Below are positions 43,601 to 59,409 of a stretch of 64,000 bases of DNA, one piece after another. The first letter of the stretch is position 1. Every line of letters begins with the position of its first letter. The notes under the pieces were generated by a model that did no database searches, had not been told where the DNA came from, and was given only the letters and a program-made list of their open reading frames with translations. A program made the translations under genes and the position numbers. The DNA lies in assembly GCF_009914755.1 (NCBI RefSeq), contig NC_060925.1. One strand, written 5' to 3'. The stretch is from the human T2T-CHM13v2.0 reference genome, Homo sapiens.

Positions 43601-44012
43601 GTTCAATAAATCTGTTAAAGGAAGGTATATCCATATACTCTCCCACTTACCATTTTTACAATGGTAGTAGGGAAAAACAGAAGATGACAGTAGCAATAAA
43701 ATTCTTTTCTGATCTTCAGTGACTGCATAATAATAGGACCTGCTATTTAGAGTTGTGTAGGGTCTCCAGGTATGGCTATGCAGCAGAAAACTAAATGAGA
43801 TTACTTGCTCATCAAATATTTATGGACAGTCTATTGCATCCCTGTGATTGGCTCTGAATGCATGCAAAGCACTTTGCACCATGCTTAGCACATAGTATAT
43901 GCATAAAGAAAGATAGCCATTGTTACTATTAATTATTATTATTATTAAATGCAGTTGTAACTACTCTAGTTATCCACTCTGTCTTTAGAGACAGAAACTG
44001 CATCTGCTTTTC

Positions 44013-47000
44013 CAGGGGTTGCAATCCTAGTCTCTGATAAAACAGACTTTAAACCAACAAAGATCAAAAGATACAAAGAAGGACACTACATAATGGTAAA
44101 GGTATCAATTCAACAAGAAGAGCTAATTATCCTAAATATATACGCACCCAACACAGAAGCACCCAGATTCATAAAGCAAGTCCTTAGAGAACTACAACGA
44201 AACTTAGGCTCCCACACAATAATAATGGGAGACTTTAACATCCCACTGTCAATATTAGACAGATCAACGAGACAGAAGGTTAACAAGGAGATCTAGGACT
44301 TGAACTTAGCTCTGGACCAAGCAGACCTAATAGACATCTACAGAACTCTCCTCCCCGAATCAACAGAATATATATTCTTCTCAGCACCACATTACACTTA
44401 TTCTAAAATTGACCACATAATTGGTAGTAAAAACACTCCTCAGCAAATGTAAAAGAACAGAAATCACAACAAACTGTCTCTCAGACCACAGTGCAAACGA
44501 ATTAGAACTGAGGATTAAGAAACTCACTCAAAACTGCTCAACTACATGGAAACTGAACAACCTGCTCCTGAATGACTACTGGATACATAACGAAATGAAG
44601 GCAGAAATAAAGATGTTCTTTGAAACCAATGAGAAAAAAGACACAACATACCAGAATTTCTGGGACACATTTAAAGCAGTGCTTAGAGGGAAATTTATAG
44701 CACTAAATGCCCACAAGAGAAAGCAGGAAAGATCTAAAGTTGACGCCCTAACATCACAGTTAAAAGAACTAGAGAAGCAAGAGCAAACACATTCAAAAGC
44801 TAGCAGAAGGCAAGAAATAACTAAGATCGGAGCAGAACTGAAGGAGATAGAGACAAAAAAAAAAACCCTTCAAAAAATCAATGAATCCAGGAGCTTGTTT
44901 CTTGAAAAGATCATCAAAATAGATAGACCTCTAGCAAGACTAATAAAGAAGAAAAGAGAGAAGAATTAAATAGACGCAATAAAAAATGTTAAAGGGGATA
45001 TCACCATCGATCCCACAGATATACAAACTACCATCAGAGAATACTATAAACACCTCTACACAAATAAACTAGAAAATGTAGAAGAAATGGATAAATTCCT
45101 GGACACATACACCCTCCCAAGACTAAACCAGGAAGAAGTTGAATCTCTGACTAGACCAATAATAGGTTCTGAAATTGAGGCAATAGTTAATAGCCTACCA
45201 ACCAAAAAGAGTCCAGGACCAGATGGATTCACAGCCGAATTCTACCACAGGTACAAAGAGGAGCTGGTACCATTCCTTCTGAAAGTATTTCAATCAATAG
45301 AAAAAGAGGGAATCCTCCCTAACTCATGTTATGAGGCTAGTATCATCCTGATACCAAAGCCTGGTAAAGATACAACAAAAAAAAGAGAGAGAGAGAGAAT
45401 TTTAGGCCAATATCCCTGATGAACATCGATGCGAAAATCCTCAGTAAAATACTGGCAAACTGAATCCAGCAGCACATCAAAAAGCTTATCCACCACGATC
45501 CAGTTGGCTTCATCTCTGGGATGCAAGGTTGGTTCAACATACACAAATCAATAAATGTAATCTATCACATAAACAGAACTAACGACAAAAACCACATGAT
45601 TATCTCAATAGATGCAGAAAACGCCTTTGACAAAATTCAACAGCGCTTCATGCTAAAAACTCTCAATAAACTAGGTATTGATGGAATGTATCTCAAAATA
45701 ATAAGAGCTATTTATGACAAACCCATAGACAATATCATAGTGAATGGGCAAAAACTGGAAGCATTCCCTTTGAAAACTGGCACAAGACAGGGATGCCCTC
45801 TCTCACCACTCTTATTCAACATAGTTTTGGAGGTTCTGGGTAGGGCAATCAGGCAAAAGAAAGAAATCAAGGGTACTAAGTTAGGAAAAGAGAAAGTCAA
45901 ATTGTCTGTTTGCAGATTACATGATTGTATATTTAGAAAACCCCATCATCTCAGCCCCAAATCTCCTTAAGCTGACAAGCAACTTCAGCAAAGTCTCAGG
46001 ATACAGAATCAATGTGCAAAAATCACAAGCATTCCTATACATCAATAATAGACAGAGAGCCAAATCATGAGTGAACTTCCATTCACAATTACTACAAAGA
46101 AAATAAAATACCTAGAAACCCAACTTACAAGGGATGTGAAGGACCTCTTCAAGGAGAACTAAAACCACTGCTCAATGAAATAAAATAGGACACAAACAAA
46201 TGGAAGAACATTCCATGCTCATGGATGGGAAGAATCAATATCGTGAAAATGGACATACTCCCCAAAGTAATTTATAGATTCAATGCTATCCCCATCAAGC
46301 TACCACTGACTTTCTTCACAGAATTGGCAAAAATTACTTTAAAGTTCATATGGAACCAAAAAGGAGCCCGCATTGCCAAGACAATCCTAAGCAAAAAGAA
46401 CAAAGCTGGAGGCATCATGCTACCTGACTTCAAACTATACCACAAGGCTACAGCAACCAAAACAACATGGTACTGGTACCAAAACAGAGATATAGACCAA
46501 TGGAACAGAACAGAGTCCTCAGAAATAACACCACACATCTACAACCATCTGATCTTTGACAAACCTGACAAAAACAAGCAAGTGGGAAAGGATTCCCTAT
46601 TTAATAAATGGTGCTGGGAAAACTGGCTAGCCATTTGTAGAAAGCTGAAACTGGATCCCTTCCTTACACCATATACAAAAATTAACTCAAGATGGATTAA
46701 AGACTTAAATGTAAGACCTAACACAATAAAAACCCTAGAAGAAAACCTAGGCAATACCATTCAGGACATAGGCATGGGCAAGGACTTCATGACTAAAACA
46801 CCAAAAGCAATAGCAACAAAAGCCAAAATTGACAAATGGGATCTAATTAAACTAAAGAACTTCTGCACAGCAAAAGAAACCATCATCAGAGTGAACAAGC
46901 AACCTACAGAATGGGAGAAAATATTTCCAATCTACTCATTTGACAAAGGGCTAATATCCAGAATCTACAAAGAACTTAAACAAATTTACAAGAAAAAAAC

Positions 47001-47861
47001 AAATGACCCATCAAAAAGTGGGCAAAGGATATGACCAGACACTTCTCAAAAGAAGACATTTATGCAGCCAACAGACACATGAAAAAATGCTCATTATCAC
47101 TGGCCATCAGAGAAATGCAAATCAAAACTACAATGAGGTACCATCTCACATCAGTTAGAATGGCGATCATTAAAAAGTCAGGAAACAACAGACGCTGGAG
47201 AGGATGTGGAGAAATAGAAACGCTTTTACACTGTTGGTGGGAGTGTAAATTAGTTCAACCATTGTGGAAGACAGGGTGGCGATTCCTCAAGGATCTAGAA
47301 CTAGAAATACCATTTGACCCAGCAATCCCATTACTGGGCATATACCCAAAGTATTGTAAATCATTCTGTGATAAAGACACATGCACATGTATGTTTATTG
47401 CAGCAATATCAACAATAGCAAAGACTTGGAACCAACCCAAATGTCCATCAATGATACACTGGATTAAGAAAATGTGGCAAATATACACCATGGGATACTA
47501 TGCAGCCATAAAAAAGGATGAGTTCATGTCCTTTGCAGGGACATGGATGAAGCTGGAAACCATCATTCTAAGCAAACTATCACAAGGACAGAAAACCAAA
47601 CACTGCATGTTCTCATTGATAGGTGGGAGTTGAACAATGAGAACACATGGACACAGGGTGGGGAACATCACACACCAGGGCCGGTCAGGGGGTGGGGTAC
47701 TGGGGGAGGGATAGCATTAGAAGAAATACCTAATGTAAATGACGAGTTAATGGTTGCAGCAAACCAGCATGACACGTGCACACCTATGTAACAAATCTGC
47801 ACGTTCTACACATGTACCCTAGAATGTAAAGTATAATGAATAAATAAATAAATAAACAAAC
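44013..47861 (+). mobile_element. 5'-truncated L1PA (L1PA6-like) covering most of ORF2 and the 3' UTR; multiple stops and frameshifts
   Basis: EN motif [36 protein letters not shown]; (TAAA)n tail; 18-bp TSD 'aaactgcat(c/t)tgcttttc' at 43995 and 47862. Confidence 0.97.
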
Positions 47862-48599
47862 AAACTGCATTTGCTTTTCAAGGCTCAACAATAGGAGAGT
47901 CTATCATGGGCTACTGTAGTTAGCACATAGTGAAGCTCTTCAAAGCTCTTTCCTTATCAATTGTCATTGAGCTTTCCATCCAGAGACAGACTTTCAGGAT
48001 TGTGTCTGCTACTAGACTTCTTAGGAGAATCAAGTATTTTCAACATCAAGTCACAATTTCTCCCTGAAAGCACATTGAATTTCATTGAAATTCTTTACCT
48101 CTGAGTTTCTGAGCATTGTTAGTCTATAACATACAATGTAGCACTTAATTTTACCATCTTGGTGTTGAAAGTTTTAAATTGTCTTAAAAGATAGTGGTTA
48201 AGAGCATTGACTTTTTGGAGTCAGACAGCACTATGTTCAAATCCCTAATTGCCTGACCTTGGGAATGTTATTTTGTTTTGTCATAAATTAAATGCAGTAC
48301 GGTGAAGCTCTAATGAGATTATGTACCTGGCAGGTACTCACTGAATAGCAGTGGTCAGTAGTATGACAGCTACTGTCATGATCTGTTTTTATCTACTACC
48401 ATCATAAAGATGGTAAGTGGGAGAGTATGTGGATGTGTCTTTCTTTAACAGATCTATTAAACCAGGTCACATACATTACATTATTTTGTTGTATAATTGG
48501 TAAACTCCAATTTTTACGACATTTAACATTACTAATTGTTGTAGACAAAGATAGCCTGCTCACTGATTCACAATTTGTCATTAGAAAATGCTCCATGTA

Positions 48600-48889
48600 G
48601 TTCTCACTTGTAAGTGGGAGTTGAACAATGAGAACACATGGACATAGGGAGGAGAACAACACACACTAGGGCCTGTTGCGGGTGGGGAGCAAGGGGTGGA
48701 AGAGCATTAGGACAAATAGCTGATGCATGTGGGGCTTAAAAACTACATGACAAGTTAATAGGTGCAGCAAACCACCATGACACATGTATACCTCTGTAAC
48801 AAATCTGCATGTTCTGCACATGTATCCCAGAACTTAAAGTAAAATAAAAAAAAAAAACCAAAGTCCATTATATATAAAAAATAAAATAA
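48600..48889 (+). mobile_element. Short L1PA8-like 3' UTR insertion
   Basis: 'gagcattaggacaaatagctgatgcatgtggggcttaaaa'; TSD 'aaaat(g/a)ctccatgta' at 48585 and 48890. Confidence 0.9.
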
Positions 48890-49044
48890 AAAATACTCCA
48901 TGTATTAGGCCAAACTTTTTTTTTCTCTAACATGGTTCCTTTCAGTGGTCTAAAACCTGCCCTCTGAAGTTGCATAGAGCCAGTTTAATTCCTCTTTCTC
49001 TATGAAAGTTCTTTACATAGTTGAAGATAGCAATTATGCCTCAC

Positions 49045-49158
49045 TAGGTTGACCAACCATCCGTGGTTTGCCCTGGACTAAAAGGATTTCCTAGGAGAAA
49101 GGACTTTCAATGCTAAGATTGAGAAAGTTCCAGGACAACCAGGAGAGTTGGTCACCTA
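49045..49158. mobile_element. MER81-like hAT-Blackjack MITE
   Basis: Termini 'taggttgaccaacc' and 'agttggtcaccta', about 114 bp. Confidence 0.8.
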
Positions 49159-50022
49159 CCCTCCTCTCTGTTCGTCTCCAGGCTGAAGATCCTCAAGGTC
49201 TTAAAACTTTGTTTCATGACATATTTCATAGCCCTCTCATCATCCTACTCTCTTTCCTCATGGGCATTATTTTTTGTCAATGTCCTTCCTTTTTTATTGC
49301 ACAGAAAAAGTTTATACTGCATTATGATGTGGTGTTAGAGATACTTAGAAGTATTTTATCTTGTGATATATTACATTGGTTCTCTTTCCCTCCCCCATCC
49401 TAGGTGCAAAGATTTTTATAAATCATTCTCCTAAATTCCTCAAGAGTATGTGAAAGGGCTTCTTCTTTATTTATTCTTTGTTTCTGCATTCACTGCTTTT
49501 GTTTTTCTTCCCCAATTAGTCACTCATTCTATTGCAGGAAAGATCAAATAAGGATGTATGTCATTTTCAATCATATCATTGTCTTTTACGCCTGTGTTTC
49601 TCAATTTGAATAAATGGCATTATGCTATAGCATCATCTTTTTTTTTTTTTAACTAAGTGCTATTAAGATCTGTCCATGTTACTATGTGGAAATGTGGCTC
49701 CTTGCTTCTAATTGTTGCATAGTATTCTTGAGTGTCCACCCATTTTATAAATTCATCCCCTCAATGCTGGTAAACAATGGCCTCTAACTCCCAGCTACTG
49801 CATGTAACATTGTAATAGACATCCTCATTCATATCTCCTTTAAAAGAGGTTCTCCTTAATCATTTGAAGTTGTCAGAATCTCCTCCACCTAGTATAACCA
49901 AAAAGATATCTAATTTAGAGAATTCATTATTTTTTAATTACTATTATTTTTGATTGACAAATCTTTATATACATTTTTGGTGTACAATGTGATGTTTTGA
50001 TATATGTATACAATGTGGAATG

Positions 50023-50120
50023 ATTTAATCAAGCTAACAAACATATCTATTATCTCATTTACCAATCATAAAAAAGATTGCTAAATGAGATAATAGATAT
50101 GTTCGTTAGCTTGATTTAAT
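50023..50120. repeat. Inverted repeat, 45-bp arms, 8-nt loop
   Basis: 50023-50067 versus the reverse complement of 50076-50120 match at 42/45 positions. Confidence 0.95.
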
Positions 50121-50129
50121 GATGCGTTA

Positions 50130-50594
<465 letters not shown>

Positions 50595-50816
50595 TTATGT
50601 TTATAGCAGAGTGCAATAGCATTATGTCTTAGAAAACAATGTATATCTCTTAATTTAAAATTGCTTTATTGTGAACAAATGCTGACAATGATCTGAGCCT
50701 TCAACGAGTGGTAATAGTTTTGCTGGTGGAGGGTCTTCCCTTGACATTGATGGCTGCTGACTGATTAGGGTGGTGGTTGCTAAAGGTTGGGGCGGCTGTG
50801 TTAATTCCTTGTTTTT

Positions 50817-50994
50817 CATTAATAATTGTCTATATTGATACACATTGAAATGATAACATTTTAGATATATTGGGTAAACTAAAATATATTGCTGTAATTC
50901 ATTTTAACTGTTTCTTTTTTGCTTTTTAAAATGTAGCTGCTAGAAAAGTTTAAATAAAATACACAGCTCACATAGTATTCCTATTAGACAGTGC
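50817..50994 (-). mobile_element. MER33 5' half lying inside the L1 target-site duplication
   Basis: Reverse complement aligns by eye with the first half of the MER33 at 35387 ('gcactgtctaataggaatactatgtgagctg...tttaaacttttctagcagctacattt'). Confidence 0.8.
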
Positions 50995-51008
50995 ATTTTT
51001 TCAGATTC

Positions 51009-51362
51009 TTTTAAAATAGTTTCAACTTTTATTGTAGATTCAAGGGGTATATGTGCAGGATTGTTACCTGAGTATATTTCATGATGCTAAGGTTTGGGGT
51101 ATGATTGATCCCATCACCCAGATACTAAGCAGAGTACCCAATAGTTTTTCAAACCTTAGTCCCCTAGCCACGCTTCCCCTCTAGAAATCTGCAGTGTCTA
51201 TTGTTTTCATCTTTATGTCTATAAGAACTCATTGTTTAGCTCCCACTTATAAGTGAGAACATGCCGTATTTGGTTTCTGTTCCTGTGTTAATTTCCTTAG
51301 GCTGATGGCCTCCAGCTGCATTCATGTTACTGCAAATGACATGATTTCATTCCTTTTTATGT
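51009..51362 (-). mobile_element. L1PA15/16-like 3' UTR fragment
   Basis: 'ttcaacttttattgtagattcaaggggtatatgtgcagg...gatcccatcacccag...ctcccacttataagtgagaacatg'. Confidence 0.88.
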
Positions 51363-51420
51363 CTGTGGTAATTTCTTAAAATAAGAACAATGAAGTTTGC
51401 TGCATCAATTGATTCTTCCT

Positions 51421-53007
51421 TTAATAAAAGATTTCTATATAGCACGCAATGGGGCTTGATAGCATTTTACCCACAATAAAACTTCTTTCAAAACTGTAGC
51501 CAGTCCTTTCAAATCCAGATGCTACTTTATCAACTAAGTTTATGTAACATTCTAAATCCTTTGTTGTCATTTCAACAATGTTTATAGCAGCTTCATCATG
51601 AGTACATTGTATTTCTTTGCTTGTCCGTAAGAAGCAATTCCTCATCCATTCAAGTTTATCATGAGATTTCAGCAATTTAGCCTCGTCTTCCAGCTCCACT
51701 TATAATTCTAGTTCTCTTGATTCTTCCACCACATTGGCAGTTCCTTCCTCCACTGAAGCCTTGAACCCCTCAAAGTCATCCATGAGGATTGGAGTCAATT
51801 TCTTCAAAACTCCTTCTAATGTTGCTATTTTGACCTCCTTCCATGAACCATGAATATTCTTAAGGGTATCCTAAAATGGTAAATCCTCCCCAAAAGTTTT
51901 CAATTTACATTGCCCAGATCCATGAGAAGAATCACTATTTATGGCAGCTAAAGCCTTATGAAATGTATTTCTTAAATAATAAGACTTGAAAATCAAAATT
52001 ACTCCTTCATCCATGGACTGCAGAATGGATACTGTGTTAGCAGGCATGACAACAACATACATCTCCTTGTACATCTTCATCAGAGCTCCTGTGTGACTAG
52101 GTGTATTGTCGATAAGCAAGAATATTTTGAAAGGAATCTTTTCATCTGAGCAGGAGATCTCAATAGTGAGCTTATAACATTCAATAAACCATGCTGTAAA
52201 CAGATGTGCTATCTTCCAAGCTTTTCTGTTGCATTTATAGAATACAAACAGAGTAGATTTAACATAATTCTGAGGGGCCTTAGGATTCTCACAATGGTAA
52301 ATGGGTGGCTTCAACTCAAAGTCATCAGCTGTATTATCCCCTAATAAGAGAATCACCCTGTCCTTTAAAACTTTGAAGCTAGACACTGACTTCTCCTCTC
52401 TAGCTTGAATATTCCAGGTGGCTTCTTCTTCCAATAGAAGGCTGTTTCTTTTACATTGGAAATACAGTGTTTAGTGTAGACACCTTCATCAATGATCTTA
52501 GCTAGGTCTTCTATATAACTTCCTGCAGCTTCTACATCAGCATTGTTGCTTCACCTTGCACTTTTATGTATGGAGATAGCTCCCTTCTTTAAACCTCATG
52601 AACCAACCTCTGTTACCTTCCAACTTTTCTTCTGCAGCTTCATCACCTCTCTCAGCCTTCATAGAATTGAAAAGAGTTAGGGCTTTGCTCTGGATTAGGC
52701 TTGGGCTGAAAGGAATGTTGAGGCTGGTTTGATCATTTATCGAGACGACTAAAACATTCTCCATATTAGCAATATAGCTGTTTCCTTTTCTTATCATTTA
52801 TGTGTTCACGGGGGTAGCACTTTTAATTTCGTTCAAGAACTTTTCCTTTGCATTCAAAACTTGGTTAACTGCTTGGCATGAGAGGCCTAGGTTTTGGCCC
52901 ATCTTGGTTTTTGACATTTCTTCCTTACTAAGCTTAATCATTTCTAGCCTTTGATTTAACATGAGAGATGTGTGACTCTTCCTTTCACTTGAACACTTAG
53001 AGGCCAT
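51421..53007 (-). pseudogene. Tigger1 transposase pseudogene (CENP-B-type HTH plus DDE), several frameshifts
   Basis: [48 protein letters not shown] and SILQSMDEGVILIFKSYYLRNTF across four ORF pieces. Confidence 0.92.
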
Positions 53008-53128
53008 TGTAGAATTATTAATTGGCCTAATTTCAATATTGTTGCATCTCAAAGAAGAGGGCAGCCTGGGGAGAGGGAAAGAGATGGGAAAACACGGGGT
53101 CAGGGGAGCAGTCAGAACACACAAATTT

Positions 53129-54932
<1,804 letters not shown>

Positions 54933-55653
54933 TTATTGATTACATTCACCATTTTATATGGATGAGGTTCATGGTGCCCCAAAATAACCAGAACAGTAAC
55001 AGCAAAAATCACTGAGCACAGATTACCCTAAGAGATATAATAATAATAAACAAGTTTGAAATATTTTGAGAATTACCAAAATGTGACACAGACATGAAGT
55101 GAGCACATGCTACTGGAGAAATGGAACCATTAGACTTGGTTGCCATAAATCTGTGATTTGTACAAAATACAAAATCTGCAAAGTACACTAAAGCGAAGTG
55201 CAATAAAATGAGGTATGTCTATATACAATACATTATTATTGACTATAGTTACCATGTTGTGTAAAAGAATTATTCATTTTTAAGTGGCCAAAACAAAGTA
55301 ATATCTTGACTGAGCTTCCAAGAATAACCCCCAGAAATACACAACTAAACTGGTACACCAAGAAGCAATGGCTTCTGCCACCATTGGAGGGCTATGGGGC
55401 TTGGAAATCAACACCACCTCTACTGCCATCACAACTAGTAAAAGGGATGTCCAATGTCCAGCTTCTCAATGCCACCATGTTAGAAACGGACACTAGAACC
55501 TTTGCTACATCTTCCAAAAAATAAATTGCAGCAATTTAAAGTCTTTGTGATTACGCATACTAGCAAAAACAGCAGAAGCAGCAAAGGCAAGGTCTCCGCC
55601 TCATGATAATCACTTGCACTTTCCAAACATCACATGCATGCTTTGTACAACCT

Positions 55654-55784
55654 TAGAACACGGTTTCCTGCACACTAGGGGATAAAAGGGTAAAATTCAA
55701 TAAATGGACCCTGAGCAATAAAGACATCTGGAAAATATTGATTTTTACCTTTGCGTCCCCTAGTGTGCAGGAAACCATGTTCTA
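55654..55784. repeat. Inverted repeat, 49-bp arms, 33-nt spacer
   Basis: 55654-55702 versus the reverse complement of 55736-55784 match at 43/49 positions. Confidence 0.95.
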
Positions 55785-56069
55785 TGGTGAGGGAGAAGGA
55801 AGTTGGGTGAACTAATTTGTAAAATTTGCCACAAACCAAGGGTGAGACTGATGAGTGATGGGCATACACAAATTCACCTGTTTAGTAGTACCAGACCGTT
55901 CTCCAGAACGACTGCACTACTCCCCACAGCAGTGCATGAGGGTTCCCACCTGCCTTTCCCTGATAACACATCACATCACACATCAAATTTCTTACCAATC
56001 TAGTTATAATGCCAGAGGAAAAAGTACCTTTTTAGTGTCCCATTAACCCATTGGAGTGATTGAACTTAA

Positions 56070-56481
<412 letters not shown>

Positions 56482-56975
56482 AATATTTATCTTTTTAAAA
56501 TGTTATCTAAGTAGTGTTAGTCCAGTGCTCCAGCCTATCAGGGTTATTTAAAAATCTTTATTATTTTTATTTTTTAATTTCCTCTTTCAATTTTGAAAGG
56601 ATAGAAGGAAAGCAGAAGGATGTTCATTTTCTATTTTACACATGGAAAACTGAGGCATAACGAATCTAAGTAACTTGCTCAAGGCCACCCAGTGAGAGGG
56701 AGAAAAGACATGATGTGACCAGGTATGTCCGAAGCCAAAGCCTTTCACACACTTTCAGAATCATATCACACTTTGCAAAGCCATCCAGTGTATGGGTTAT
56801 TTAAGGACTAATTTGGGCTGTTTTTAATTTTAACAATTAAAAACATTATTTTCAGAATTAGAATAGTCCCTTTTCTGGCCTTTGTAACTAAATCGTAATG
56901 AAAAACTACCAATCATGGCCTTACTAAAAAATGTTCAAGACCTCAAAAGTTATCATTGCAAAAATGATTTTCTCA

Positions 56976-57361
<386 letters not shown>

Positions 57362-57907
57362 TCACCTTTTTTATTTTAATCCGGACGACGCTTACTCTTT
57401 CAACTCTCTATTCAAGTGTCTTGCCGGACCTGACTCATAAGATTCAAATATAGGTACTGTGACTCTTTTTGACCCCTATAAGTATAAGCTAGTGTGGGAA
57501 GAAACACAAAAACAAACACATAATATGAAATGGTTCATCTTATAATCCCTTGTCATATCACAAAGTCACAAAGGGAACACAGAGGAAGAAGCAAGAATCA
57601 TGAAAGGTTTGCAGAGGAAATGTCTTGATCCGGCTGTTGAAGAAGGAGCAAGATCTGCCAGGTAGACGAGACAGGTGGAGAATTTCAAGCAGGAAGAACA
57701 GCAATGGCAAAGGCAGGGAGCAATGACAGAGTGTCTTTCCCCTAAAAACATGATGCATTCTTCCCCTAAATTCAGTCAAATACAAGGTTTAAGAAATTTA
57801 ATAAATCCAAACCTTGGAGGTCATCTGTGTCAAAAATATGTATTTTACTCACACAGAGACAAAAACTAGCTTCCTAACACCAATCATTCAGAAGTGCAGT
57901 AAGCAAT

Positions 57908-58090
57908 AACTGTGTTTCCCCAAATTCCCTGATGATAGGAATTATCAGGGCCTCTTATTAAAAACACAGGTTCCTGGTCCTCCTAGAGCTTCTTATTCAA
58001 TGGGTCTGGGATGAAGCCAGAAACTTGTAATATTTAACAAACACCCTCAGGAGATTCTCATCATCAGAGAATTTTGGCAAACAATGATCT
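57908..58090. mobile_element. MER5B-like fossil
   Basis: 'ctgtgtttccccaaattccctgatgataggaattatcagggcc...tttaacaaacaccctcaggagattctc'. Confidence 0.65.
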
Positions 58091-58269
58091 TTGGGCCCTG
58101 ATGTTCAGCACTCCTCCAACAACCCTTTGCAGAGGAGGGAGATTCCAGCACCGTGGTCAGCCTCCTGGTCAGTTAACAATTAAACCGTGGGAACTGTTGC
58201 CCTGGGTTATGCAAGGAGATCTTTTACTAAAGAATGTTGCTTGTACCACATTTTCGTCTATAGACCCAG

Positions 58270-58470
58270 AGCCTGACAACTTTCCTATGTTCTCCTCTAA
58301 TCCCCTTAACAATCCTGCAAGGTAGATAGTTTCTGCATTTTACAGACATGGAAAACTGAAGCACAAGGGGTTCGGAAAAATTGTAAACTGTCATGTACCT
58401 TATAATAAGTAGCCGCATGGGAATTTGAATCAGGTCCATCTGAATCCAGGCCCAAGCTCTTCCCAGAATC
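58270..58470 (-). mobile_element. MIR
   Basis: 'cattttacagacatggaaaactgaagcacaag...gggaatttgaatcaggtcc'. Confidence 0.8.
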
Positions 58471-59409
58471 CTAGCATCTGGAAGGGTCAATGGTAGATTT
58501 GGCCCTCCCACAGCCAATCTATACGAATGGCTAGCCATAGTTGAAATCTACAAGCCTCAACTTCAGGATCTTTTCCATTTTAGGTTGACCCTTCACTGAC
58601 CTCCACTTCCTCCACCCCACCTGCTTCACCCCAAGAAGCCATCCTGTTTGTGCCTGGCCACTCTGTTGCAATTTTCCACCAGGATTATTTGTGGCTATAA
58701 CAAGCAAGACCACGCCAACGTCTGGCATTAAAAGAAGTTTGAGCCTTCATTCCTGAGGTAATGAGACCATTTTTTTCAAGTTCCTTCCTCTAAAGTTCAT
58801 GAACTTAATAAAAAATAAAATAAGGCCAGATCTATTACAGCCCAGATCTGTGCTGCAGGAAGCCAGAGCTGATTGGGTAAAGGCAGAGCCTGGATGAAAA
58901 AGAAAATGTACTTATGAACTAACTCTGTCTTTACCTTCCACTGAATCCAGAGAAAGCCACAGTGGGAGGCACCACCACCCACATCTGAGCTTCCTGGTTA
59001 CACACCACAGGCAGCACTAACATTACAGGAGCAAAGCGGACCTTGATATAAAGATGTTTACAGCCTTGTCTCCCTTTTGGAAACTGAGCTTTGGAGAAAC
59101 CTGACACTTGGCTCTTTAAAGTGAGGATTCACATCCATCCTACCCCTGTGTACACCAACCACCCAGAAGAGTGTGAAATACTCAGGAAATGAGTGGAAGG
59201 AGTCACCCCAGGCTATGCCCTCTTTAGCCTCTTGCTCCTCAGTGCCAGGGGCCATTGCCACATGTCTCTGCAGCTGCCCGGCTCATGACCCCACATTGGT
59301 TCTTGTCATCATTGCAAATGTCTCCCCCTCTAAGACCCTTAAAGTCCACCATTCCACTCTAGGATCTCAATTCCTAGCAGCTCACTCTCAAAACTAATGC
59401 TTTAAGGCC

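Noticed and set aside
44093-47633. Long ORFs (up to 269 aa) with endonuclease and reverse-transcriptase motifs
   Set aside because: Fragments of L1 ORF2 broken by stops and frameshifts, with no 5' UTR or ORF1; not a gene or an active element. The same applies to 16220-18254 and 53467-54932.
51421-53124. TIGD1-like transposase as a domesticated gene
   Set aside because: Split over four ORF pieces and still inside both Tigger1 termini; a decayed transposon copy.
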